Below are positions 23,118 through 36,237 of a stretch of DNA of 64,000 nucleotides, piece after piece. The stretch spans positions 31,691-95,690 of the forward strand of contig CAVTEL010000011.1 in the NCBI GenBank assembly GCA_963733855.1, in the 5' to 3' direction. Within the stretch, counting starts at the first letter, position 1, and each line of letters begins with the position of its first letter. The position numbers and the translations under genes were made by a program. The stretch is from an uncultured Actinomycetes bacterium (lineage in GTDB: Bacteria > Actinomycetota > Thermoleophilia > Gaiellales > Gaiellaceae). The notes under the pieces are model-generated. The model did not search any database and had not been told where the DNA came from. It was given only the letters and a program-made list of their open reading frames with translations.

Positions 23118-24141
23118 GCGTATCGCGGGAGCCGGAATGGCCGGCCTCGTGGCGGCCGCCAGGGCGCGCGAGCTCGGCGCCGAGCCGGTCGTCTACGAGA
23201 AGGGGACGCGCGCGGGCGGATCGATGCTGCTCTCGAGCGGCTTCGCCTGGCGCTACCGGTCGTGGGAGGTCTTCCGTGAGCAGTGCCCGGGCGGCGATCC
23301 GACGCTTCAACGCCTGATCCTGGAGCGGTTCGACGACGCGCTCGACTGGCTCGAGGCGAAGGGTGTCGAGCTGCGCACGCGCGAGACGGGGAACCCTCTC
23401 ACTGTCGGTGCCCGCTTCGACCCGCGCCAGCTCGTCGAGACGCTCGCGCGTGACGTCCGGCTAGGGGAGACGACAGAGGAGCCGACGATCCTCGCCACCG
23501 GTGGTTTCCCCGGCGCGGCTCGCCCGCGAGCGTGGGCTGCTCCTGCGCGCCAACCCGTGGAGCGAGGGGGACGGGCTCGACCTCGCCCGGGACCGTGGCG
23601 CGGCGACGGCGGGCGAGCTCGACGAGTTCTACGGTCGCGCGATGGCCGCGGTCGACGCCGTCGCGGAGGAGGACTTCGTCCGTCTCGGCCAGCTCTACGC
23701 GAAGTTCGCCGAGATCACGTCGGAGGACGGGTCGGAGCGTTTCGTCGGCGAGCCGAGCTGGTCGGAGATCGACGTTGCGCAGCAGATCGCGCGCTGGCCG
23801 GGCGGGCGCGCGTGGTTCGCGGTCGACCGCGCCGCACTGGACGAGCGCGTGCGCGACCGGACGGTCAGGGAGATGATCGAGGCGGCTCGTCAGGCAGGCG
23901 CGCCGGTCGAGGAGCAGGACGGCCGCGTGCGCGTCCTCGTCCGGGCCGGAGTGACGCAGACGCTCGGTGGCCTGCGCGTCGACGAGCGGGCCCGGGTGCT
24001 GGACGCGAGCGGCGAGCCGATCGAAGGTCTCTTCGCGGCTGGCGCGGATGCCGGCGGCATCTCGACGGGCGGCTGGTCGAGCGGCCTCGCGACGCGCCCT
24101 CGTCCTCGGCCTGGTCGCCGCCGAGTCGGCGCTCGAGCTAG
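23118..24141 (+). CDS. FAD-binding oxidoreductase (fumarate reductase/succinate dehydrogenase flavoprotein-like), at least two apparent frameshifts
   Basis: Dinucleotide motif IAGAGMAGLVAAARA and C-terminal LGGLRVD..GLFAAGADAGG. Frames join near 23505 and 24090. Both gene ends are uncertain. Confidence 0.6.
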
Positions 24142-24332
24142 CCGGGAAGCGGCTGGAGGTACGCCGCGCGGCGGTCGTCGCCGGGCAGCGGCGAGGGCGC
24201 GAGACGGTTGACCTCCTGCCGGCCGCCCTCGTCGAGCTCGACCACGCTTCCCATCGTCGGCAGCTCGCCCTCCCGCTCGTGGAGCTCGTACCCGGTCGTC
24301 TTCCAGACGAAGAGCAGGTGCTTGTCCGCCAT
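24138..24332 (-). CDS. hypothetical small protein, last gene of the RR-HK operon
   Basis: 64-aa ORF with non-shadow composition (HLLFVWKTTGYELHEREGELPTMGSVVELDEGG), 13 nt downstream of the kinase gene. Confidence 0.45.
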   Translation of the reverse strand: MADKHLLFVWKTTGYELHEREGELPTMGSVVELDEGGRQEVNRLAPSPLPGDDRRAAYLQPLPG

Positions 24333-24344
24333 CGCGGCCGGACT

Positions 24345-25175
24345 CTAACCGCGCGCCGTATAGGGCGGCAGCGTGATGCGCACGGCCGTGCCGCCCTCGT
24401 CCGAGCTGCGGTCGACGTCGACCGTGCCGCCCAGCGCCCGCGCCCGCTCCTCCAGCGCCTCGAAGACCCGCCGCCGCCGCTCGGCCGAGCCGTCGTCGGT
24501 GATCAGCGTCTCGACGGCTCCCGCGTCCACCTCGCCGATGGCCACGGAGATGCGCGTCGGCGGCCCTCGACGCAGTGCCGCGTCGAGCGACTCGCGGATG
24601 ATCTGGTACAGGACGATCTGGGCCCGGCTGGCCAGCGCGCTGCCGGCCTCGACGTCGAGTTCGACGCGAACGCCCTGCGAGCTCTCGACCTGGTCGGCCA
24701 GCGCTTGCACCGCAGGCCCGAAGCCCTGGTCGCGCAGGACGACCGGCTCGAGGGCGAACGAGAGGTCGCGCAGCTCGCGGATCGTCTCCCGCTGGCGGCC
24801 GACGGCTTTGCTCAGGATCTCCTGCGCGTCCTCGACCCGGCCGCGGTCGATCGCGTCGACGACGCCGTCGAGCATCAGGGCGATGCCGGACATGGACTGG
24901 ACGGGGCCGTCGTGGAGGAACAGTGCGAGACGTCGCCGCTCGTCCTGCTCTGCGGCGATCAGCTGGTCAGCGTGCCGTGACCGCTCGGCTTCCTCCTGCC
25001 GCGTGCGGAGCAGGCTGAGGGCGAGCGCCGCAGCGGCGACGACGGCGACGCCGACGGCGCCGTAGGCAAGCCAGTCCACTCCCGTCGCCGCGCCGGCCAG
25101 CGCAAAGAGCGCGGCGGCCGCAATGACGCCGACAAGGACGGCAGCCCTAGTCGATGATCGCTTCGCGAAGCGCAA
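24345..25175 (-). CDS. sensor histidine kinase (HisKA_3/DesK-LiaS type)
   Basis: Two N-terminal TM helices, H-box RRLALFLHDGPVQ, HATPase_c C-terminus. Confidence 0.85.
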   Translation of the reverse strand: MRFAKRSSTRAAVLVGVIAAAALFALAGAATGVDWLAYGAVGVAVVAAAALALSLLRTRQEEAERSRHADQLIAAEQDERRRLALFLHDGPVQSMSGIALMLDGVVDAIDRGRVEDAQEILSKAVGRQRETIRELRDLSFALEPVVLRDQGFGPAVQALADQVESSQGVRVELDVEAGSALASRAQIVLYQIIRESLDAALRRGPPTRISVAIGEVDAGAVETLITDDGSAERRRRVFEALEERARALGGTVDVDRSSDEGGTAVRITLPPYTARG

Positions 25176-25791
25176 TCGCCACCGCGTGCGTCCGCGTGTC
25201 CGCCTCGAGCTTCGTGAGGATGTGGCGCACGTGGCTCTTCACCGTCTCCTGGCTGATGAACAGCCGGGCGGCCACGTCCGCGTTGGACATGCCGTCGGCG
25301 AGGAGCTGGAGGATCTCCCGCTCGCGCCCCGTGAGCATGTCGTCGCCCTTTCCGGGCAGGAACGCGGGCATCAGAGCCGGGTCGACGTAGCCGTCCCCGG
25401 CCGAGACCTTCTCGATCGCCTTCACGAGGCTCGCATGCGGCGCCTCCTTGAGGATGTAGCCCTTCGCGCCGGACTCGAGCCCGCGGCTGAGCAGGCTCCG
25501 CTCGCTGTAGGCCGTGAAGATCAGGACGGCGATCTCGGGCACCCGTTCGGTGAGCTGCTTCGTCGCCTCCAGGCCGTCCATGCCCGGCATGCGCACGTCC
25601 ATGATCACGACGTGCGGCTTCCGGCGCTCGGCCAGCGAGACGGCTGATGCGCCGTCGGACGCTTCCCCGATGACGCGAATGTGCGGCGCGCGCGACAGCG
25701 ACAACCGCAGCCCCTCGCGGACGACCTCGTGGTCGTCGACGATCAGGCAGGTGATCTCGGGGCGGCCGTCCTCACTCTGCTCGTCAGTCAC
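25147..25791 (-). CDS. NarL/LuxR-family response regulator
   Basis: Receiver (IVDDH, IMDVRMPGMDG, FTAY, KGY) plus LuxR HTH (LTGREREILQLLADGMSNADVAARLFISQETVKSHV). Confidence 0.92.
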   Translation of the reverse strand: MTDEQSEDGRPEITCLIVDDHEVVREGLRLSLSRAPHIRVIGEASDGASAVSLAERRKPHVVIMDVRMPGMDGLEATKQLTERVPEIAVLIFTAYSERSLLSRGLESGAKGYILKEAPHASLVKAIEKVSAGDGYVDPALMPAFLPGKGDDMLTGREREILQLLADGMSNADVAARLFISQETVKSHVRHILTKLEADTRTHAVAIALREAIID

Positions 25792-25827
25792 GGGCGTGGA
25801 ATTCTAGGCCGCGGGCACGGAGTCCTG

Positions 25828-26728
25828 TCAGACGGCAAGGCTGAGCTGCTCGTCGTGCTGCGTTCCGTTGAGCCGGATTCGGCGCCTGTCCCGTACGCCC
25901 AGCTCCTTCGCGAGGGCGGCAACCTCCTCGCGCACGGGCTTGGCGGCAGCGCTCGGCAGGTAGGCGCGCCCACCCGGATAGAGCTCGAGGTAGTGGGGCA
26001 GCTGCTCCGGGAAGTCCTCGGCGAGGTGCTCGAGGAAGTGCTCCCTGGTTCCGGGCCGGAGGTTGAGGAGGTTCGTCCAGACGCCGGTCGCTCCGGCCTC
26101 GCGCGCGGCCGTGACGACCTCGCGCAGCTGCTCGGGCCGGTCCGAGATCCCGGGGAGGATCGGTGCCATGCCGACGCCGACCTTGATCCCCGCGTCGACG
26201 AGCTCCTTCAGCGCGCGCAGCCGCTGGCGGGGATGGGCGGTGCTCGGCTCCGTCTTGCGCCAGACCTCCTCGTCGAGCGTCGGGATCGAGAAGGTGATCG
26301 CGACCTTCGCGCGCCTCGCCGCCTCGGCGAGGACGTCGACGTCGCGCACGATCATCGGGCCGCGCGTGATCAGCTGGAACGGGTTCGAGAAGTCGCGCGA
26401 GCGCCTGGAGGCAGCCGCGGGTCAGCTTGTACTTGCCCTCCGCGGGCTGGTACGGGTCGGTTGCGGCCCCGATCGCCACGGACTCGCCTTCCCACGACGG
26501 CCGCGCCAGTTCCTTTCGTAGCACCTCGGCGACATTCGTCTTCACTCGGATCGACGTGCCGTAGCGATCGTCGCTGGGTCGGTCCGCGCGCCGCTCGAAC
26601 GCCCTGACATAACAGAACGTGCAGCGGTGGACACAGCCCATGTAGGGGTTCAGCGACCAGGAGAACCCCATGCCCTTGACCCGGTTGAGCGCGCTTCGGC
26701 AGGGCTCTTCGCGGTACTCGACGCCCAT
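25828..26728 (-). CDS. radical SAM protein (SplB-like DNA-repair-photolyase family), one apparent frameshift
   Basis: CxxxCxxC cluster motif GCVHRCTFCY. ORF 25784..26728 joins ORF 25828..26355 near 26395-26405. Confidence 0.8.
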
Positions 26729-26738
26729 GCCTGGAGTT

Positions 26739-26754
26739 TAGAACATACGTTCGC
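26739..26754. promoter_or_regulatory. candidate LexA (Cheo/SOS) box TAGAACATACGTTCGC
   Basis: Perfect GAAC-N4-GTTC inverted repeat 13 nt upstream of the radical SAM start codon, in the divergent intergenic region. Confidence 0.45.
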
Positions 26755-26783
26755 TCTCGCGGCGGTTCTGTCCGCCTCGTTCC

Positions 26784-26789
26784 TATAAT
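26784..26789 (+). promoter_or_regulatory. candidate -10 hexamer TATAAT
   Basis: Perfect consensus hexamer in a high-GC intergenic region, ~60 nt upstream of ATG 26849. No convincing -35. Confidence 0.3.
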
Positions 26790-26848
26790 CCGAAGACTTC
26801 CTTGGACGACGACCGACCGCCCAGTACTCAGGCCCCGGAGAGCGGGGC

Positions 26849-28154
26849 ATGAGCGATCTCCTTCGAATCGTCGTGGTTCTCCTGCTCGTGCTGGGGAACG
26901 CGATCTTCGTCGCCGCCGAATACGCGCTCGTGACAGCGCGGCGTAACCGCCTGCAGGAGCTGGTGGACCGCCGGGCGCCACGGCGCGAAGCACGCCCTCG
27001 AGCTGATGGACAACCCCGTGCGCTTCATCAGCACGGTGCAGGTCGGGATCACCGTCGCCGGCATCGCCATGGGCGCGATCGGCCAGCCGCTCGTCCAGGA
27101 CTGGTTCACGTTCGTCCAGTCCGACACGGTCGCGTTCCTGATCGCGTTCTTCTTCCTGACCTACCTGAGCGTCTCCCTCGGTGAGCTCGTGCCGAAGGCG
27201 ATCGCGCTGCAGCGGGCCGAGCGGCTGGCCATCGCCCTCGCCTGGCCCATCGACCTCCTCGGCCGGATCGCGCACCCCCTCGTCTGGCTGCTCCAGACCT
27301 CGGCGAATGCCGTCGTCCGCCTGTTCGGGATCAGGCCCGCACCGGCCGGCGTCATCGTCCACACGAGGGACGACATCCGCGCGGTCATCGCCGAGGCGGG
27401 CGAGAGCGGCGCCGTCGAGGGGGTCGAGCAGGAGGTGCTCTACCGCGCCTTCAGGTTCGCGGACAAGGAGGTCCACGACGTGATGGTCCACCGGCCGGAG
27501 GTCGTGGCGATCTCGGTCGACCTTCCCCCGCGAGAATGCCTGGCCGCCGTCGTGAACTCGCCGTACACGCGCTACCCCGCGTACCGGACCTCACTCGACC
27601 AGATCGACGGGATCCTCCACGTGCGCGACCTCTTCTCCGCGCTGTACGAGAAGGGCATCGACAACGTGGTCATCGCTGACCTGCTCCGGAAGCCGTACAT
27701 CGTTCCGGAGACCAAGGATCTGGCCGCGCTCCTGTCCGAGTTCCGCGCGCAGAACCAGCACATGGCGATCGTCGTCGACGAGTACGGCTCGATGCAGGGG
27801 ATCGTCACGCTGGAGGACCTGCTCGAGGAGATCGTCGGCGAGATCGAGGACGAGTACGACCTGCCGGACGAGTCGCTGGAGCGGATCGACGAGCGCACGG
27901 TTCGGGTCGACGGCACCTTCCCGATCGACGACTTCAACGAGCAGTTCGATGTCTCGATGCCCGACGACGACTACCACACGCTTGCCGGCTTCGTCTTCGG
28001 CCAGATCGGCCGGGCGCCGGAGACAGGCGACGAGGTCGCCTGGAACGGCTTGAGGTTCCGCGTGATCGACATCGAGGGGACGCGGATCGAGAAGCTCCAG
28101 GTCGAGTTCCTCCCCGAGGAGGAGATCGAGGCCGCGTCCGCGGAGTCGGTCTGA
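26849..28154 (+). CDS. HlyC/CorC family transporter (DUF21-CBS-CorC_HlyC), one apparent frameshift
   Basis: DUF21 TM region, tandem CBS domains, C-terminal TLAGFVFGQIGRAPETGDEV. ORF 26849.. joins ORF 27006..28154 near 26970. Confidence 0.88.
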
Positions 28155-28185
28155 GCCTTCGAGGTTTCGCGGGCGGCAACCCCGA

Positions 28186-31625
<3,440 letters not shown>

Positions 31626-31636
31626 ACTCCAGAGCC

Positions 31637-32143
31637 ATGGACGTCCTCGTTCTCATCGACAAGCTCGACGACCTCGTGCACAACGCCAAAGCGGTGCCCC
31701 TGACCGACCAGGTCCGCATCGACCGCGAGGAGATCTACGAGATCCTCGACCAGATGCGGGCGACGATCCCGGAGGAGATCAAGCAGGCCCGGTGGATCGT
31801 CAAGGAACGGCAGGAGATGCTCGCCGAGGCCAAGAGGGAGTGCGACCGGATCCTGGGCGAAGCCCGGGAGCAGGCGGTTCGCGAGGCCTCGCAGACCGAG
31901 ATCGTCAAGCTCGCCGAGCGGCAGGCGCAGGAGATCATCGACGAGTCGCGGCGGTCCGCACGCGAGACGCGGCTCGAGATGGAGGACTGGGCCGACAGCA
32001 TCCTCTCCACGCTCGAGGTGAACCTCGACAAGTTCCTCGGCGCCGTCAAGCGCGGCCGCGAGCGGCTCCACGAGCGCTCGCAGGAGACTGTCGTCGCCGG
32101 CATCGCCGCTCCGGGCTCCAACGACGATCAGCCGTACGAGTAG
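31637..32143 (+). CDS. coiled-coil protein (ATP synthase b-like / DivIVA-like), function unknown
   Basis: 168-aa ORF with highly charged, heptad-like sequence. Confidence 0.5.
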   Translation: MDVLVLIDKLDDLVHNAKAVPLTDQVRIDREEIYEILDQMRATIPEEIKQARWIVKERQEMLAEAKRECDRILGEAREQAVREASQTEIVKLAERQAQEIIDESRRSARETRLEMEDWADSILSTLEVNLDKFLGAVKRGRERLHERSQETVVAGIAAPGSNDDQPYE

Positions 32144-32159
32144 CCGCCGCGTCCAACGC

Positions 32160-32841
32160 GTAGCGGCGCTTTACGACGTCCACGGGAATCCGGCGGCGCT
32201 CGAGGCCGTCCTGGCGGAGGTCGGCGATGCGACAGCTCGTTTTCGGCGGCGACCTTGCGTGGGGCCCGGTGCCGGCGGAGGCCGTCGATCGGATCCGGGA
32301 GCTCGACGCCCTCGCGATCCGCGGCAACGCCGACCGGGACCCGGGCGACGACTGGGTCGTGGAGCAGCTCGGCCCGGAGCGGCTCTCGTGGCTCCAGTCC
32401 CTGCCTGAGCAGCTCGAGCTCGAGATCGACGGGCTGGGACGGGTGCTCTTCGTCCACGGGTCGCCGAGAAGCGACGAGGAGATGCTCTTGCGCACCGCTT
32501 CGGACGAGCGGCTCGCCATGATCCTCGAGGGCGTGGAGGCGGACGTCGTCGTGTGTGGCCACACGCATATGCAGTTCGATCGCAGCTTCGGCGGCAAGCG
32601 CGTCGTCAACGCCGGCAGCGTCGGTCTTCCATACGGCGCCTTCGGTGCGCACTGGGTCGAGCTCGGCCCGGAGGTCCGTCATCGACGCGCGGACTACGAC
32701 GCGTCGCCGCTCGCCGCCTCGGAATGGCCCCGGGCGGAGGAGGTCGTCCCGGTGATCCAGTCGCCTCCGAGCGAGGACGAGGCGATCGCGGAATTCGAGG
32801 CCCTCATCGCGGCAGGGCGCGACGCTACCCTCATCCAGTGA
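32160..32841 (+). CDS. metallophosphoesterase (YfcE-like), one apparent frameshift
   Basis: ORF 32227..32841 has GNAD, VHGSP and CGHTH motifs. Motif I (LYDVHGN) lies upstream in another frame. Join near 32225. No canonical start found. Confidence 0.75.
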
Positions 32842-33347
32842 CCACGTTCGACCTCAGACAGGCCAGGCTCCGCCCCGGCGAGGAGTACCGCGACGAGCAG
32901 GAGATCGAGCTCGCGCCGTTCGACCTCGGCGGCCAGCGCTACCTGCCCGTTCCCGAGAAGGTGCCCGCCGAGCTCGTGATCGGCCGCGGGTCGAGCGGGA
33001 CGACGTTCGAGCTGCGTTTCCGCACCCGGCTCCACGGGCCGTGCGTCCGCTGCCTGAAGGACGCCGTCGTCGACCTGCCGGTCTACGCCCGCGAGTACCA
33101 GGCGACGAATCCCGGCGACGCCGAGGAGCTGCGAACCCAGTACGTGACCGAGAACCGGCTCGACCTGTCCGCCTGGGCGCGGGACGCCGTCGCGCTCGAG
33201 CTGCCCGATCAGATCCTGTGCCGGGAGGACTGCGCCGGCCTCTGTCCCGTCTGCGGCGAGGACCTGAACGAGAACCCGCACGAGCACGTCGAGGAGCGCA
33301 GCGACCCTCGCTGGGCCGCGCTCGAGGAGCTGAAAGAGAAGCTCTAG
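32838..33347 (+). CDS. DUF177 (YceD/YlbN) family protein
   Basis: GTGA overlap with the upstream gene. CVRCL ... CREDCAGLCPVCG zinc-ribbon-like motifs and an acidic C-terminus. Confidence 0.85.
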   Translation: MTTFDLRQARLRPGEEYRDEQEIELAPFDLGGQRYLPVPEKVPAELVIGRGSSGTTFELRFRTRLHGPCVRCLKDAVVDLPVYAREYQATNPGDAEELRTQYVTENRLDLSAWARDAVALELPDQILCREDCAGLCPVCGEDLNENPHEHVEERSDPRWAALEELKEKL

Positions 33348-34912
33348 ACAGCCAGGGTCGAGGTCGGCGCGACCCGCTCCAGGAAGCGCCGGTCGTGTGT
33401 GACGAGCACGAGCGTGCCCTCGTAGTCCTCCAGCGCCAGCTCGAGCTGCTCGATCGCCTCGAGGTCGAGATGGTTCGTCGGCTCGTCCAGGATCAGCGCG
33501 TTGGCGCCCTGCGCCGACAGGAGCGCCAGGATCGCCCGAGTTCTCTCACCAGGAGAGAGCGAGGACGCGGATCTCGCGACTTCGGCGCCGCGGAGCGCGA
33601 ACTTCGCGAGCAGCGTCCGCGCCTCTCCCGTCGCGAGCTCCGCCCGCTCGCCGAAGAGCTCGATCAACGGCCGCTCGGAGTCCAGCCAGGCACGGTCCTG
33701 CTCGAGCTCGCCGAAGCGCACGTTGCTCCCGACGTGACGCCGGCCGCTCGCAAGCGGAAGAGCGCCGACGAGCGCGCCGATCAGCGTCGACTTTCCCGAT
33801 CCGTTCGGGCCCACGATTGCGAGGCGGTCGCCGTATCGCAGCTCGAGGTCGATCGGTCCCAGCCGGAAGTCCTCCCGCTCGACGACCGCCTCCTCGAGGC
33901 GAGCGACGACCTTGCCGGAGCGCTGCGACTCGAGCGAGAGCTCGAGGCGCCACGGCGTCCACGGCTTCTCCACCTGCTCGAGGCGCTCGAGCCGCTTCTT
34001 GGCAGAACGCACCTTGGACATCAGCGCGTGGGTCCCGCGCCGATCCGCCATCCTCCCGGCGGCCCGCGCCTCGCCCCGGCGGGTTCGCAGCAGCGCCTCG
34101 AACCGCGACCGCTCGTCGACGTACCGCTCGTAAGCACCCTCCTCGCCGCGGCGGCCGACCTCTCGCAGCCGCTCGTAGTCGCCCCAGCCGCCCGCGAACT
34201 CGCGGATCCTCCTCGTCTCGGCCTCGAACTCCACGACCCGCTCGACCGTCTGCTCGAGAAACGTCCGGTCGTGGGAGACGAGGACGAGCGCGCTCGGTGT
34301 CGAGGCCACGAAGCGCTCCAGCAGGTCGAGGCCGTCGAAATCGAGATCGTTCGTCGGCTCGTCGAGGAGCAGGACGTCGAAGCGGGAGAGGAGGACCGCG
34401 GCCAGCTTGGCGCGCGCAGACTCACCTCCAGAGAGCCTTCCGAGCGGCCGATCCAGGCGATCGAGCCCGACCCGGGCCGCCGCTTCGCGGGCACGCGCGT
34501 GGAAGTCATCGGCGCCGAGCGAGAGGAAGCGCTCCAGGGCGTCGGCGTGCTCGTGTGCGACCTCGGGCTCGGCGCCGAGGCGCGCCGCGAGTGCGTCCAG
34601 CTCGAGCGCGGCGGCGCCGACGCCCGTGCGCCGCTCTAGGTACGTGAGGAGCGTTTCGTCGGGCCGTGCGTCGACCCCCTGGGAGAGGTAGCCGACGGTC
34701 AGCGACGGCGGACGACGCTCGACCGAGCCTCCGTCGGGCTCGTCCAATCCGGCGAGGAGACGGAGCAGCGTCGTCTTCCCGCTTCCGTTCGGCCCCACCA
34801 CGCCGATTCGGGCGCCGGGCAGCACTGTCAGCGAGGCGTGGTCGAGAATCGTCTCGGCGCCGTAGCTCTTCGTGATGTTGGACGCGGCGAGCGCGCCGCT
34901 CGGGCGTTGCAT
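33344..34912 (-). CDS. ABC-F family ATPase (two ABC cassettes, no TM domain)
   Basis: GPNGSGKTT/LSGGESARA/LLLDEPTNDLD and [29 protein letters not shown] separated by a basic helical linker. ATG 34912 follows AGGAGGA. Confidence 0.9.
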   Translation of the reverse strand: MQRPSGALAASNITKSYGAETILDHASLTVLPGARIGVVGPNGSGKTTLLRLLAGLDEPDGGSVERRPPSLTVGYLSQGVDARPDETLLTYLERRTGVGAAALELDALAARLGAEPEVAHEHADALERFLSLGADDFHARAREAAARVGLDRLDRPLGRLSGGESARAKLAAVLLSRFDVLLLDEPTNDLDFDGLDLLERFVASTPSALVLVSHDRTFLEQTVERVVEFEAETRRIREFAGGWGDYERLREVGRRGEEGAYERYVDERSRFEALLRTRRGEARAAGRMADRRGTHALMSKVRSAKKRLERLEQVEKPWTPWRLELSLESQRSGKVVARLEEAVVEREDFRLGPIDLELRYGDRLAIVGPNGSGKSTLIGALVGALPLASGRRHVGSNVRFGELEQDRAWLDSERPLIELFGERAELATGEARTLLAKFALRGAEVARSASSLSPGERTRAILALLSAQGANALILDEPTNHLDLEAIEQLELALEDYEGTLVLVTHDRRFLERVAPTSTLAV

Positions 34913-34921
34913 CGGGTCCTC

Positions 34922-34982
34922 CTGATCGACAAGACGGCCCAGCGGGCCGGAAACGAGGATGTGTCGATCAGCAGACGCGCAT
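34922..34982 (-). promoter_or_regulatory. candidate leader of the ABC-F gene: 4-codon uORF plus SD-proximal hairpin
   Basis: Minus strand: ATGCGCGTCTGCTGA (34982-34968), then CTGATCGACA (34971-34962), a 30-nt loop with nested GGCCC/GGGCC, then TGTCGATCAG (34931-34922) running into AGGAGGA and ATG 34912. Confidence 0.35.
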
Positions 34983-35016
34983 AGGTCGAGCCCGTGGGCT
35001 CGCGCAGAACGATAGC

Positions 35017-35022
35017 TATAGT
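35017..35022 (+). promoter_or_regulatory. candidate -10 hexamer TATAGT upstream of rpmF
   Basis: TANNNT hexamer 11 nt before ATG 35034, implying a very short or absent leader. Confidence 0.3.
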
Positions 35023-35033
35023 GGCGAGCCGCG

Positions 35034-35222
35034 ATGGCAGTCCCCAAGAGGAAAACGTCGAAAGCGCGCCGCGACAAGCGCCGCGCCAACCACAAGCTCG
35101 AGGCCCCGAGGGTCAACGAGTGCCCGGTCTGCCACCGGCCGAAGCGGCCGCATCAGATGTGCCCGACGTGTAAGACGTACCGCGGACGGGAAGTCGAGCC
35201 ACTACGCACGCCGGTTTCGTAG
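35034..35222 (+). CDS. rpmF: 50S ribosomal protein L32
   Basis: MAVPKRKTSKARRDKRRA plus CPVC..CPTC zinc ribbon. Confidence 0.95.
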   Translation: MAVPKRKTSKARRDKRRANHKLEAPRVNECPVCHRPKRPHQMCPTCKTYRGREVEPLRTPVS

Positions 35223-35263
35223 AATCCCCGCGCTCCCAGTCCATCGAACGTAAGCGAGGTCAC

Positions 35264-35509
35264 ATGGCAGCGTCCCGCGACGAAGTCTATGAGCGCGTCA
35301 GGGAGGTCCTGGCAGAGCGCTTGTCCGTGGAAGAAGCGGACATCACGGAGGAAGCGAACTTCCAGCAAGATCTCGGCGCCGACTCGCTCGACCTCGTCGA
35401 GATGATCATGGAGCTCGAGGATCAATTCGGGATCAAGATCCCGGACGAGGACGCCCAGAAGATCCAGACGGTCGGTCAGGCTGTCGAATACGTCACGTCG
35501 CACCAGTAG
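35264..35509 (+). CDS. acpP: acyl carrier protein
   Basis: 81 aa; phosphopantetheine site DLGADSLDLVE. Confidence 0.95.
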   Translation: MAASRDEVYERVREVLAERLSVEEADITEEANFQQDLGADSLDLVEMIMELEDQFGIKIPDEDAQKIQTVGQAVEYVTSHQ

Positions 35510-35519
35510 CCAGGCTCCG

Positions 35520-36200
35520 AAGCGGGAGCTCGGCCGTCTTGCGCGGCTGATCGACGAGCTGCCCGCCGAGCGGGCGGCCAATGCATTCACGCACCCCTCG
35601 TGGGCTCCCGACAGGGCGTCCTCCTACGAGCGGCTGGAGTTCCTCGGAGACAGCGTCCTCGAGCTCGCCGTCGCCAACGCGCTCTACGAGCGGTTTCCGG
35701 ATCTTCCGGAGGGCCGGCTGGCGAAGATTCGGTCGCACGTCGTCTCCCGCGCGAGCTGCGCGGTGGTATCGCGCGAGCTGGGTCTGGGCGCTCGGCTCGC
35801 GGACCGGGGTGACGGCATCGTTCCGCCGGAGGAGCTCGAGCGGCTGGCGCGCAATCGCAACGTCCTCGCCGCGGTGCTCGAAGCGGCTCTGGCTGCGCTC
35901 TTCCTGGAGCACGGCTTCGAGCCGATCGAGGACGCGGTCGTCGAGGCGTTCGCCGGGCGGATCGAGTACGCAGCCACCACACACGTCGACTACAAGACGG
36001 AGCTGCAGGAGCAGCTGGCGGCTCTCGGGCTGCAGGTCAGCTACTCCGTCCTCGAGGTGGAGGGGCCGCCGCACGACCGGAAGTTCACCTCGGCAGCCGT
36101 CATCGACGGCGACCAGGCCGGCGTGGGGGTCGGGTCCTCGAAGAAAGCTGCGGAGCAGGAAGCCGCCAAGCAGGCGCTCGAGAAGGTCCGCGCCGCGTAG
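35520..36200 (+). CDS. rnc: ribonuclease III
   Basis: Signature ERLEFLGDSVLE upstream and in frame with ORF 35763..36200. dsRBD end (GPPHDRKF..GSSKKAAEQEAA). No canonical start codon seen, so the 5' end is approximate. Confidence 0.9.
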   Translation, partial: KRELGRLARLIDELPAERAANAFTHPSWAPDRASSYERLEFLGDSVLELAVANALYERFPDLPEGRLAKIRSHVVSRASCAVVSRELGLGARLADRGDGIVPPEELERLARNRNVLAAVLEAALAALFLEHGFEPIEDAVVEAFAGRIEYAATTHVDYKTELQEQLAALGLQVSYSVLEVEGPPHDRKFTSAAVIDGDQAGVGVGSSKKAAEQEAAKQALEKVRAA

Positions 36201-36237
36201 GGAACACCATCCGCCGGTCCCACTAGCGTTCCGGCGG

